This document shows positions 1 through 11,542 of a DNA stretch of 64,000 nt, piece after piece. The first letter of the stretch is position 1. Every line of letters starts with the position of its first letter. Under the pieces are notes generated by a model, which was not told the DNA's origin, made no database searches, and saw only the letters and a list, made by a program, of their open reading frames with translations. Made by a program: the position numbers and the translations under genes. This DNA comes from Gracilinanus agilis (Eukaryota), in contig NC_058130.1 of the NCBI RefSeq assembly GCF_016433145.1, forward strand, positions 656,681,225 through 656,745,224, written 5' to 3'.

Positions 1-547
1 ATGTCAATCTTTCCCGCAAAATGCTCAAATACATAACACTGGCAATCAAATAAAAGATCTTTATGAAAAATCAAATACACTACAAAAATCCACCAATCAA
101 TGTGGAGGCTTTTTTTACTATCACATTAAGTTTAAAATGTGATTTAAAAACTGTTCTTAACAAGTTCATGATTTCCAGTGATGAGGTGAGTGTCTAGGAC
201 ATAAAACGTACCATCCGATTATGAAATGCTTTCATGCATTATCAATAAAAGGTTAACATTTCTTTTGTATTTCTGCCATGCTAACATAAATCAGACACAC
301 GAATTGTAATTTCTTTCTTACATTTCCATTGTATTTCTCCTTTAATGAGTTTAAAATTCAAAATGAATGAAATATCTGGGACGTTGGGGTTATGAGAATG
401 GTGGAGGAAAAAGAGATTTCCATCCAATCTAACTTTTCTAATTAGTGAATTGTATTTGCTAGAAAATATTTCTCTTTCCTCTAACATTAGTTTCAAGTAA
501 TTATAATCCATGAATTTCATGCTTATGTACATGATAAATATTTGATC

Positions 548-650
548 ACTAAGTATTTATTATACATCTGAAGTGCTCATGTACTAGGGATAAAAAAGGA
601 AAAGCAAGACAGTATGTTCTCAAGAAACTTATGTTTCAGAGGAGGTAAAA
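548..650 (-). mobile_element. L2 3' end fragment
   Basis: aagtatttatta...gtactagggata...ctcaagaaacttatg resembles the reverse complement of the L2 tail. Confidence 0.45.
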
Positions 651-699
651 CAAAACACTTATAGTGTTACACAGAAAATAGAAAATCATATTGGCTAGT

Positions 700-890
700 A
701 TTGATATAGTTCTTTAATGTTTTTAACTCATTTGGTCAGTTTAACAATTGTGTGTTGTAGGTACTATTATTATCCTCATTTTACAGATGAGTAAATGGGA
801 TAAAAGAAGTTCAGTTTTACCAAAAGTCACACAGTAAGAGTCTCTGAAAGAATTCTAACTCAGGTCTTCTTGACTTCAAGTCCTTAATAG
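700..890 (-). mobile_element. MIR SINE
   Basis: CORE motif attatcctcattttacagatgag...gtcacacag...aactcaggtcttcttgacttcaag. Confidence 0.55.
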
Positions 891-914
891 CTACTATTAT
901 TTATTTCTTGCAGA

Positions 915-1085
915 GTGCTTAACATATATTATCTGATTTTATTCTCACAACTCTGGAGGTTAGATAGTATTATCACTGCCAATTCGTAGATGAGGAAACG
1001 GAGACATTTAAATGGCTTGCCCAAAGTCACATAACTGGTGTTTGATGTTGGATTTGAACTCAAATATTTCTGATGCTCTACCTAC
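915..1085 (-). mobile_element. MIR SINE
   Basis: tagatgaggaaacggagac...cttgcccaaagtcacat...ggatttgaactc. Confidence 0.6.
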
Positions 1086-2904
1086 TAGGAGTAAGAATGG
1101 GGAGTCCCAAGCAATTTGAGGGAACAGGAAAGGCCTTATGTCATACAGATAATATTTGGCAGAAGCAGAATTCGATATTTCCTAACAACATTCTTCCTCT
1201 TTCCATTATGCCAAGCTATCTCTCTGAGCATGTGACATTTTTATGATCCTAATAGTACCACTGTGTTCACAAGGTGAAGAGCTGGAGATTCAATGAGTCT
1301 CTGACAAAACTCCTTCCTTGGCATAAGTATGGTAGAAAAAACAGTAGGAAACAGAAAAGCCATTTCCCCTGTTCAGAGAAAAAAGTGAGCAGAGGGGTAG
1401 AGAATGGTCAGCACATGAAACTCCAACAAAGGCAGATGAAGAGGGGCTTCAAGAAGAGCTTGGGCAAATGAGGTATCAGAAGAGGCTACACTGTATGAAG
1501 ATCAGCATCATAATGACTCATGTACCATTATAATATAATATAAGATCCAGTAGGCAGCTGGGCTGGTGCAATGAGGTGAATGCCAGTCCAGACTCATGGA
1601 ATTCAGAACCAAAGCCTTCAGGGAACATAACCCTTTGGTAATGAGAGAAAGCATGTGAAGGCAAGGTTAGTATTTGACGGAGTCAGTGCCAAAACAGTCA
1701 AAAAGAAGACAGAGATGAGAAGGGCTATTGCAAATTTAACAACATATCTGGACCATGGCAAGGCACTCCTTTTTGATACTGAAAAATCCCAGGTCAAATA
1801 TTAGTTAGCCTTGTAAATAGTTTATATACATTTTGTTCTTTTCTCTAGCCACACTACCTACTGATCTTTTCTAATCAAACTGTTCCCAGGATCTCTGCTC
1901 TTATTCTTCCATTAGGAGATTGTCTTCAAGCAAAAGACTGTGAAAATCAAGAGATATTTCTACATTTCAGAGGAAGAACTGGAGTGAGAGCAATGACTCA
2001 GTCTGGGGCCGCAACAGATACCAGTGATTAGGAGACTGTTTTGTAGGTCTTCCTTGATCTCTAAACTGAGAAAGTCCTTTTCAGGGCCTGAGGGACCTTA
2101 GATTGCAGTTCGGGAATTCAAGGGGATTATTTATAATTGAGAGGGAATGGGATTGAGACATAAATGCAGGTTGATATGGTCTAATTGCTCTTCCCTCAGA
2201 AGTCTGAAGAAAAAAGTGAGTAGCTTTCTTTACATTTCTATAATACCTTATTATACCCAAATATTCAAGTCTGTCTGTAATCTCACTGATATAAGCATTA
2301 AATTTATTGGTGAATATCCAAAGCCATTTATGCCTGTCTTTTTCCTTCTATCATGTTTTTATTCTCAGGGATCTATTTAATATACTGGGTGCTATCCATG
2401 TTTTATTCTGTCTTCATAAGGATACCAGTGGAGTACTCAGGAAGTTACTCCCCTTTCTGTGCTGCATGGGTTACCATTGTCAAAAATTATGACCAAAGTA
2501 AGCCTAAGGGTAAGCCCTTTTTTTCCTTAGGTAGGCTGTTTCCCCAGAAAGCAGCTCCTTTCTGTTGTCATACATGGTAGTAAAATGAAACCTGGGAAAG
2601 CTTGGGCTTCCCAGCTTAACCTTTGAGAACTCTGACTTGCTGTTAGCTATGGTGAGAAGTTAGATCTTTTCAGAGGTTCTTTATTTTTACAAAACTTTTT
2701 GCCCACACTATTTTATTTAACCCTTACAATCTTTCTGAAAAGTGGATATTATAAATGTGCTATTATTCATATTTTAATAGATGAGGAAATGGAAGCTAAG
2801 TGCAGTGAAGAAGTTTGCTCGGTGTCAAATAACTGAAAAGTTCCTGAAAGCAAAAAAATAGTCATCTGAATCCTAATATCTACTACTCATAATAATAATA
2901 GTAA

Positions 2905-3030
2905 AAATCCTGGAAAAGGATTTAGAAGAGCTGGTTTTGTGACCTAGCTTCAGAGACTACTAGTTATGTGACACTGGGCAAACCTATTCATTGCTCTGGG
3001 CTTCCATTTCCTCATCTATATAAGTGCAAA
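2905..3030 (+). mobile_element. MIR SINE
   Basis: tagttatgtgacactgggcaa...tttcctcatctata. Confidence 0.5.
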
Positions 3031-3099
3031 TATTAAAATTTGTACTATTATATGTTATTATACTTGCATATTATTGCATATGAAATACCACATATTACA

Positions 3100-3358
3100 A
3101 TAATAATTGTTAATACTAATAGATAACACTTATATTGTGCTTTATATCTTGAAAGGCCCTTTATTTATGTTTTCTGATTTGATCCTTTAATAACCTTGTT
3201 AAACAAATGCTATTATTACCCTCCCTTTACAGATGAAGAAGTTGAAGCTGAGAGAAAAGAATGATTTGCTTGAGGTCACATAACTAATAAATATCTGAGG
3301 CAGGATTTGATCTCAAGTCTTCCTGATTCTAAGGCCAGCAATGTATCACCAAGCTGCC
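3100..3358 (-). mobile_element. MIR SINE, near full length
   Basis: tttacagatgaagaagttgaagctgagag...gaggtcacat...gaggcaggatttgatctcaagtcttcctgattc...gctgcc. Confidence 0.7.
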
Positions 3359-3639
3359 TATTTTATATGTGTGCATATATGTGTGTGTGTGTTTTCTCTA
3401 ATGCACTATATGTGTTTCTGACAATTATATGTTGTCAAATACATTAGTAAAACAAATATTTCAGAATCTTGATAGTTCATGCCTAAATTTCCACATTACA
3501 TAGCTTTCCATCACTTAAGTTAAGTCATTTTCCTGTCTGTTCCCCATAAAAGGAATGTACTTTCCATTCAGTTTTATTTCCCCTAGCTTCCTTCTCAGTA
3601 CATCTTAGGTGTCAAGTCCTACATGGAGCAGGACTTTCC

Positions 3640-3975
3640 TCAGCTCCTTATTAGCTAGGAGCCTCTCTGTCTCTCTTTAAATTATTTAGTATATACTTGG
3701 TTGTGATTGTGTTAAATTCTAATATGTCCACATAAATTTCTTGTTCAAAAAACTCCAATGTCTCCCTATTATCACCAATATTAAATATAAACACTGGCAT
3801 TTAAACTTCTACAACTTGGCTCTAATTGAACTTTCCAAAATGATTTTAAATTATAAACACCACAACCTCACTAAACCAGCTCCTCAAGGACAGAGACTTT
3901 TATTTCTCCTTTTTTTTAAATCCCCAGAATCTAGCACAATGCTTTGCATCTTATAGATGCTTCCTAAACATTTGG
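3640..3975 (+). mobile_element. L2 3' region
   Basis: gctcctcaaggacagagact...cccagaatctagcacaatgct...tagatgcttcctaaacattt. Confidence 0.5.
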
Positions 3976-4042
3976 GTGAGAAAAAATATATACTTAAGGT
4001 TTAAAACAACATATAATCATATAGGGATCACTAACCATAAGC

Positions 4043-4347
4043 CAGTAATGGGAACCTTTTAGAGACTGCATGCTTTGCCCCCCCCAAGAGACCACATGCT
4101 GTTCCCCCACTACCTCCACTGAGTACAGGGTGTCCCCTTCCCCTCCTTACCCGACAGGGAGGAGTGAAAGTCCTTCCATTGGGCTGATGGGCAGAGGGGT
4201 GGGTGATGTGAAACAGTCAGGCATGGTGATGAAGGGGAAGGGAGCAGCTCCAGCCAAGATCCTCTGCCTTTCTAGTGACAAACTCTGAGGTTGTAGGTGC
4301 CCGTGCCCAAAGAGAGCACTCTGTGTGCCATAGGTTCACCACCATAG
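4043..4347 (+). mobile_element. Non-autonomous hAT (Charlie/Buster-type) DNA transposon, MITE, 305 bp
   Basis: Perfect 8-bp TSD CCATAAGC (4035-4042, 4348-4355) with central TA. Imperfect TIRs cagtaatgggaacct / aggttcaccaccatag. GC-rich body. Confidence 0.85.
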
Positions 4348-4831
4348 CCATAAGCCAACTAACTAGTAAAAAAGCAAGAAATCTTCAAACTATAACTGAG
4401 TTGGAGCAGTATCTTTCCTCCAGGCCTATAGTTTGGGCAAATTACTTTAGTATATAGAATGAAGCATTCTGTCCCTTTATAGATTCAAAAATTTAGCCAC
4501 TTCTATTTCTGTCTTTTTCTATTAGTCAAAGGTAGAATCTGTAACCTCAGAATTGTCTGGATTTGATAATGGCATAAGTGAAAAGGGATAAGGAAGGAAA
4601 GGGATGTTTTGGAAAATTTAAAATGCTCATCTCAAATCCCTTACACATTGTGTGTATATGTGTATACATATTTTTTAAGTATGTGCTATTTTGAGGGGAA
4701 AGAGAGTAAGAGGTCAAAACTTCAAAACTTGGACTAGATAAACATTTGGTAATTATTTAATGCTTACAAAATAAATAATTATTGACTTATGCTTTATAAT
4801 AAATTCTTTCATCCTTTTCCAGGATACTTAC

Positions 4832-4988
4832 TGGTATAAACAAGTTGAAAGCCTTCATCAGTACCTTCAGAATCAGAATTAAATTCTAACCAAAGTTGAT
4901 TTGAGGTACTACTGAGTGTCAGTCCTCTCATTGATGCGCCGGTAAAAGCACCCAAGAGGTGGGTCGTTTTGTCTTTTCCATCATATAT
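4832..4988 (-). CDS. CSMD3: CSMD3 exon, C-terminal half of the same CUB domain (157 nt, phase 0 to 1)
   Basis: Acceptor gtgttttacag|ATA, donor ACCA|gtaagt. Translates IYDGKDKTTHLLGAFTGASMRGLTLSSTSNQLWLEFNSDSEGTDEGFQLVYT(S), in frame with the upstream exon. Confidence 0.97.
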
Positions 4989-7130
4989 CTGTAAAACACA
5001 TACACATATACTGAAAATTAAATTGAGAAATTATAAACACAAAGCATATTCTTCATAGTCATTAAGAGGGTAGCATCAAAATGTTATGTTTTCCCTAAAG
5101 CAAGCTGATTTGCTGCAACATTTCTTCTAAAGTGCAGCTAAAGTATATTCTGTTTTTTTGAATGTCAGAACATTCAAATTTCTGTGGGTATATATTTTTT
5201 AGGGCTCATTTTAAAAATTCCAACATTAGACTTGACATTAATTTTTAAAACCTTAATTCAACCCATTAACAAGTATTTATTTTATTAAATTTTGTTCTCT
5301 CTAGAGTTATTTTCTGACAGTTACTTAGAGAAGCCCAATAATACTTTATGGACTCTAGGTTATTGTAGAGTGCAATAATGCATTAATTCCCTACTATCCC
5401 AAAAAAGTACCTTGGATATAAGAAAACCTGAAATAATTAAAAAGTTAATCAATCAACAAAATAACTTTTATTAATGACTTAATATATGCAAAAATAAACT
5501 TTGAAAATATGACGATTGAGGTTTCATGATACAGGTTCCATACTCAGAATGTCAGACGTTATTTTATCCAACTTTATCTTAATTCAGAAAGAGGAAAGTA
5601 TTAACTATAAAGAAAACACTACATTAGTGTCTGAGAATGTAAGATCCACAAGATACACATCTGTAGTGATGAATATAAATGCCTATGATTGTACATGATA
5701 ATGTATACATAATTTATGTGGACTGATAGACTGAGAGGCAAAGTATTTTAACAGATACAGTGGGTTCCATTCACGAGGCAGACTACTATAGGATGATTAA
5801 AGGTGGAAAACGTTCTGCATTCTGTAATTTTTTCAATGGAATATATTAATTGACAGAAAATTAGAAAGATTTATTCTTGTTAAATGGGTTTTTTCATCAT
5901 AAGTCTATGCCTATAATGACCTCCAACAATAACCTTTAATAGCTTCCATATATGGAGAAAAGTATAAATTTAAGAAAAAAGAAATGATGTATGCTCTACA
6001 ATCTCAAGAAAAGTGATGGAAGAATTTCTGTCTTCCCCAAAGAAGTTTCTACTATACTTGTGAAGTGAAATAACAAAGAGTAGTGGTAAGAATCCTGTAT
6101 TCAAAATCTATCTTCTGCTACTCAGTACTTGTTTGATCTTGAATTTTATGATGGGCTGAATGTTAGAATTGGAAAGGCCCCCAGACATCTCAAAGAAATT
6201 AATTTCCAGTCTCTTTTTCTGGATCTTACATTCTTGCTTTGTAAAACAAATGTTTAGATTAGATTAATTTTAAAGTTCTTCCAATTCTAAAATCCTCATA
6301 ACCAATAAATATTTTAGTTAAATTTTCAATGACAATGAAAATCTAAATGTTAATGACAAGTAGCAAAAATCTTATGTCTTTTATTACCACTGGAACAGAT
6401 ATTAGATAAACTTAATTTTAGCAGTTAACAGGAGATGTTTCATATATGAATCTAAGCTGGCAGTTATGTTCTATATATTTTACTTATGACAATTATTCAT
6501 TCATTTGCATAATACCAGTATTTGCTTCTTCAGCTTACTTATTGGCTTCATGGTTTTAAACTTTTTGGTTATTTCTTCCAATGATAGTGAATACATTTAC
6601 TCCAAAAATATTTATTAAGAAATCTCCATAGTTTAAACAAATATTTTCTGAGAATTGCTATGACAAAAAAGAAAAAAGAACAATAACCAGCAGTCAATGG
6701 CCAATTTAGTGATCATTCTAAAAGAATTCTACATGCTCTACTTCAGACAAAAATTTAAGGGTTTCAAATAATATTACATGCCTTCTTTTTAGTATGACAG
6801 AGCTTAAATTTTTTAAAAAATGTCATATTATAGGTCATCATGGAAAATTAGAAAAATAAAAGTAGATAAGTAACTTTTTAATATTTATATGGCAACTCAT
6901 CAGAAGAGGTATAGGACTTGTTTGAGCAAATGGCACCAAAATAAGATTTCAGTTTCCATTCCACAAGCCCTTATTCATTCTTTTGGGTTCAACCAAGTTT
7001 CTCCACATAAAGTCTGCTTCCCCAGGTTCAAATATTTTTGGCCTAAATTTCCATCTTATCCTGGCTGTCTACAAGAAACTAGAGAACCTATAAATCTATA
7101 TAATACTTTAAGACTTCTTTTTAGAAATAC

Positions 7131-7420
7131 TTGTGGATATGGTGGCCTTGGTCTGTAATCCTGCTACCAAGGAGGCTTAGGCTACTTGATTGCTTGAGCT
7201 TCGTAATTGTGAAGCACTGAGAGTTAAAAGGGTGCCCCAAAGCTATGGACTACCATGCTACCTAAAAAGAGGCAACCCAGATGAGAAATAGAGTGGAGTT
7301 AAAAATTCCATGTCAATTAGCAGTGGGATTAGCTTCATGTGTGACCATTTTACTTGCATATTAGGCAAAATTTAGAGACTATTCTAAAAAAAAAAAACAA
7401 AACAAAACAACAAATAAAAT
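7131..7420 (+). pseudogene. 7SL (SRP RNA) retrocopy / P7SL-type SINE with A-rich tail
   Basis: ggtggccttggtctgtaatcctgctaccaaggaggcttagg...gattgcttgag, ggactaccatgctacctaa..., agcagtgggattagc...ggcaaaatttagagact align colinearly with 7SL, then A12 and (CAAAA)n. Confidence 0.75.
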
Positions 7421-7570
7421 CATTCTTATTGGAAGGAACTTTATATACCCATGTTTTGCAAACAAGTTGTTAGATAAATATGAAAAATTTTTCATCAACA
7501 ATCTAAATAAATGAGAATAAATTTTTATCACCCTCCCTTATTGAATTTATGAGAGGAAAATATAAGTACA

Positions 7571-7760
7571 GGGGCATCTAAGTGGGTCAGTGGATAGAGA
7601 GTCAGGCCTAGAGATGTGAGATATAGGATTCAAAACTTCCCTCTGACATTCCTACCCGTGTGACCCTGCATGAGTCACTTAAGCCTAATTGCCTAGTCCT
7701 TATCTCTCTCCTGCGTTGGAACCAATTCTTAGTATTCAAGAAAGAAAGGAAGAAAAATAA
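7571..7760 (+). mobile_element. Older SINE1_Mdo-like CORE-SINE
   Basis: ggggcatctaagtgggtcagtggatagagagtcaggcctagagat head; gtgtgaccctg...gtcacttaa core. Confidence 0.7.
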
Positions 7761-7917
7761 GGTGTAGATTTTAGTGTTAATATTGGAATTGACTAAATTT
7801 CTTCAGCTTATGCTCATTCTCAGCTTTAATAGTCCTGAAACACCATTTATGCCATGCCACATATTCTCTGCTACCTTCTTTCCCTTCTACCTTCTTAATC
7901 TTAAAAAAATATCTATC

Positions 7918-8040
7918 AAATCTGGCCTATGTGACCCTGGCAAGTCACTTGACTGCCATTGCCTAGCCTTTACCTTTCTTCCCCCTTGGAACCAATACAC
8001 AGTGAGGATTCTAAGACAGAAGATAAGGGTTTAAAAAAAA
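7918..8040 (+). mobile_element. 5'-truncated SINE1_Mdo-like element
   Basis: gtgaccctggcaagtcacttgactgccattgcctag...ccaatacacag...aagggtttaaaaaaaaa. Confidence 0.7.
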
Positions 8041-8689
8041 TCTAAATTGCCTAGACAGTATTCAATGAACCCACATCACTCTTTTTACAAAATTCTTCCT
8101 TTTCATTATCACTGGACTTATTTCTTTTTATATCTTCATAATTTCATTCTTCAGAACTTCCTATCATATTTGGCTATTCTATGGAATTTTAGTTCATGAA
8201 ATCCCATTTAACCTCTATTGCAAAGTAAAATAATTTAATAAGTATGTATTAAGTATTGGAAAGATATAACATACCACTATTTCATAGAAAGGAAAAAGAA
8301 TAGCTCTTCCTTCAAGAAGCTTACATTCTAGGGCTATCTCAGGTACATATCAGGAAATCCTCAGTTTTCCTTTCTTTCTATATTAAAAAATATGAGGGAA
8401 TAGCTACTCTCTCAAAATCCTCATTATTTCCCATTATAGCATCAATTCCTTTCTAGCTGTTGAATATTAGACACAGAATTGGACTGCCTCTTATTGTTTC
8501 CTTAGTCTTCAGAAAAGCGGATTACCAAGCAAGTGAAGAAATTGTCAACTACATTATTTTTATCAGAAAAAAAATTTCCAATAAATGTCCAAATTATTGG
8601 AGTCACTCACCACTGTTGTATCATTGAGTAGCTTTATGAATCTATTTTGCAAACTACTCACCTGTGTTAGGATCTAGTTCAGCTGAATT

Positions 8690-9335
8690 ATTACAATCAG
8701 GTCTAAGCAAAGTAAAAGAGACTGTAGATTTAATTAATAGAATCTTAAATTGTAATAAGAAAGGTATATAATTATAAAAAGTATATAAAATCAGGGAAAG
8801 TGTACATTCCACTGCACTCATGCCTTACTCAGAAAAAAAAATCGGATTTATTTTGCTTATTTCTTGGTTTCACATTTTAGAAAGGACAAATATAATAAAT
8901 CAAAAGTGATGAATTTAAGATGAGGATATTATTAACGATTATTCCATATATGTATCAATTGAAACAAATAAATGTTTGTGCTAGAGAAGAGAAACTTTAG
9001 CTGTTGTCACTTCTGTAAATATTTGAAGATTTGTGTGTGGCAATGGAATTAGAATTGTTCTGTTTAATTACAGAGAAAAGAACGAGAAATACTAGGTGGT
9101 AGATTCAAAAAGGCAAATCTACAATTGAGGCCTGGAACAAATAACAACAAAAACTTCCTAACAATTAGAGCTCTCCTAAAGTCGACTGGAATGCCCATGA
9201 AGTAGCTGATTCTTCATAATCTGATGTCTTGGTGTGAAGGCTATATGACTCTTTGGTATGTTATAGAGAGGATTCTTGCTTCAGTAAAGGTCAAGGCCAT
9301 ATGACCTTTAAAGTCCATATTTTGTGAGTCTGTGA
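8690..9335 (+). mobile_element. CR1/L3 LINE 3' region
   Basis: attccactgcactc, tttcacattttagaaaggaca, agagaagagaaact, aaatatttgaag, cttcctaacaattagagct, atgacctttaaagtcc occur in L3 order. Confidence 0.65.
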
Positions 9336-10094
9336 TATACTTCAATGAGAATCACATTTTTAAATGTATATCTGGTCAGCCAAATTGAAGTTTGACTTTT
9401 CAAATTGAAGTTCAACATAGCAAAGTGAAAAAAGGAATCTTTACAATATTATATGGAAATTTTAATTTTAGGCAAATGAATTAGAGCCCCTACTTTTTTT
9501 AAAGAGAAAAAAGACATGCTATCAATATGACTTTATGAAGAAAGAGAAATTCATAAACATGATTAATCAACAAATATTTATTTAGTAGGAATTTGTGTCT
9601 TTTAAAAAATTTTGGGAGAAGCATAAAAGCAGTGACACTTCTTATGTCTCTTTACATCCTTATTTTTATTTTAATAGCATTCTCAGACAAATGAAATCAG
9701 ACAAAAAGGATTCTGCTTTTTAAAATCATTTTTTCTACCAGCAACAAATATTTTAAAAGAAAAGGAACTAGTCACATGAATGTGGTTATTAATATCTTAA
9801 TACATTTGTTATTTTTCAGTAATTATAGTCTTCAAAATTATGTTAATAAGATGGTATTATGGCTATGGAATCTAGATTTTGCATTTGATTAAATTAACAG
9901 GAGAAAAATACATGTAAAATCTCTTGGGGTCAGGCAAAATTTTCATCATTTTAGTTCAAAATATATAGAATGGAAATGTTTGTTTCATTTCACCTGAAAA
10001 TTAGCTAAATTGTGTTTCACAACATATCAGTTTATGTAATTGTTCACTTAAACCTAGCGAATGAAAAAAATAATTTTATTTGTATTACATTGAT

Positions 10095-10280
10095 AGAGGT
10101 AGCAAAATGGAGCCAGGATGATCTGGATTTAAGTCATGAGAATGATCTATATTGGTGATGTGAACCTGGGGAAGTCATTTTATTTCTCAGGATCAGTTAA
10201 TTCTCTAAGACTATGTGTTACAGAGAAGTTACTGAATTTCAGTGATATAAAGAGTTAGCTTATCTGGGAGGAAAAAAGCA
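10095..10280 (+). mobile_element. Marsupial CORE-SINE
   Basis: MIR-like head, then tail ttctctaagactatgtgttacagagaag, a tail type also seen at 34010-34115. Confidence 0.4.
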
Positions 10281-11542
10281 AAACAAAACAAAAAATTGTG
10301 GGTGCAGTCCCTAATTCTAAACTATTTACTTGTATATTCAATTATTTAAAAACACAAATAATTTAAAATTTACTACTTAAATAGAAAAAAATGTCAAAGT
10401 ATAGACTGTGTGTTTCTGTCATCATTCTACTTCCAAAAAAGAATAATCATGCCATTCAGTTTGTCACTGAAGACCTAAGTTAAAATGACTGATATTTCAT
10501 AGTTCTTTCTATACTCCTTCATGTAACAATCTTTAATAGTCTGAAAATCCCAAGTTTTATAACAGACTCCTCCATAGTAAAAGATCATAAATTACATATT
10601 TGCCCCATTGCTAATAATAGGAACATTCAATTAGCCAGAGTTAATCTGCCTTAGCAAACAGATTAAATCATTTATGAAGTAAACAAATGCAAACAATGTG
10701 TTGTCAAATAAATATTCTAGACCTCTAATTTATTATTTCAGGATTGATAAGCTATGAATGTTTTTACTCTTCTCTTTAAAGGAATTGCTATATACCATCC
10801 AAGCTTCTTTTTTCTTTTTTCTTTTTTTTGGTACTACTATTATTTGACTCTAGATAGAATACATCATTTCCGTTTCTATCCTATTGCATACATGAGTGTT
10901 GCAGACTTGTGTCAAATCTGTCTCTCAACAGATCATAAATGGAAAGTGTTCAGAATGAGGGAAGAAGGAAATCTAAGGTAGCATTATTATTAATGACTTG
11001 TCCTATGATCTGTAGTCAGTCAACAAAAACTTATAAAGCACTATGGGCTAGGTACTGTACTAAGGAATAAGGACACAAGTAATTTTTTAAAAGTTCAAGT
11101 AATATTTAGAACAGATATGGTAGAGGTGCTACTTCTATTCCCCTGAGGGAAAGAATAAAAAATATTTTGATTTATTGAAAAGATTATCATAAAAATATAA
11201 GAGCATATGAAAGATGTAATAAGATATTTAAAGATAGAAATCTGAACAACAAAAGAAGAAAAGAGGCAAAAACAAAGAAAAAGGTTAAGGGGAGCAAGGA
11301 AAGTTGTGAAAGGGAAGAAAAGAACACAATTGAATTCTCTCATTAGAGCTACCAGAAATGCATTAAGTAGTCCTCATTTTTACATTAAAAAACAAAACTA
11401 AGTTTAAGCTTTTCAAAGTCCAGCTCCATCAGCTTTCAACTCACACATCTGAGATGCAGAAATCACTAAATATTTTGTTATCATGGGTTTAAATCTTTCC
11501 AACTTGGGAGAAACATGAAAAAGATCAAGAAAAGAAAGGAAA

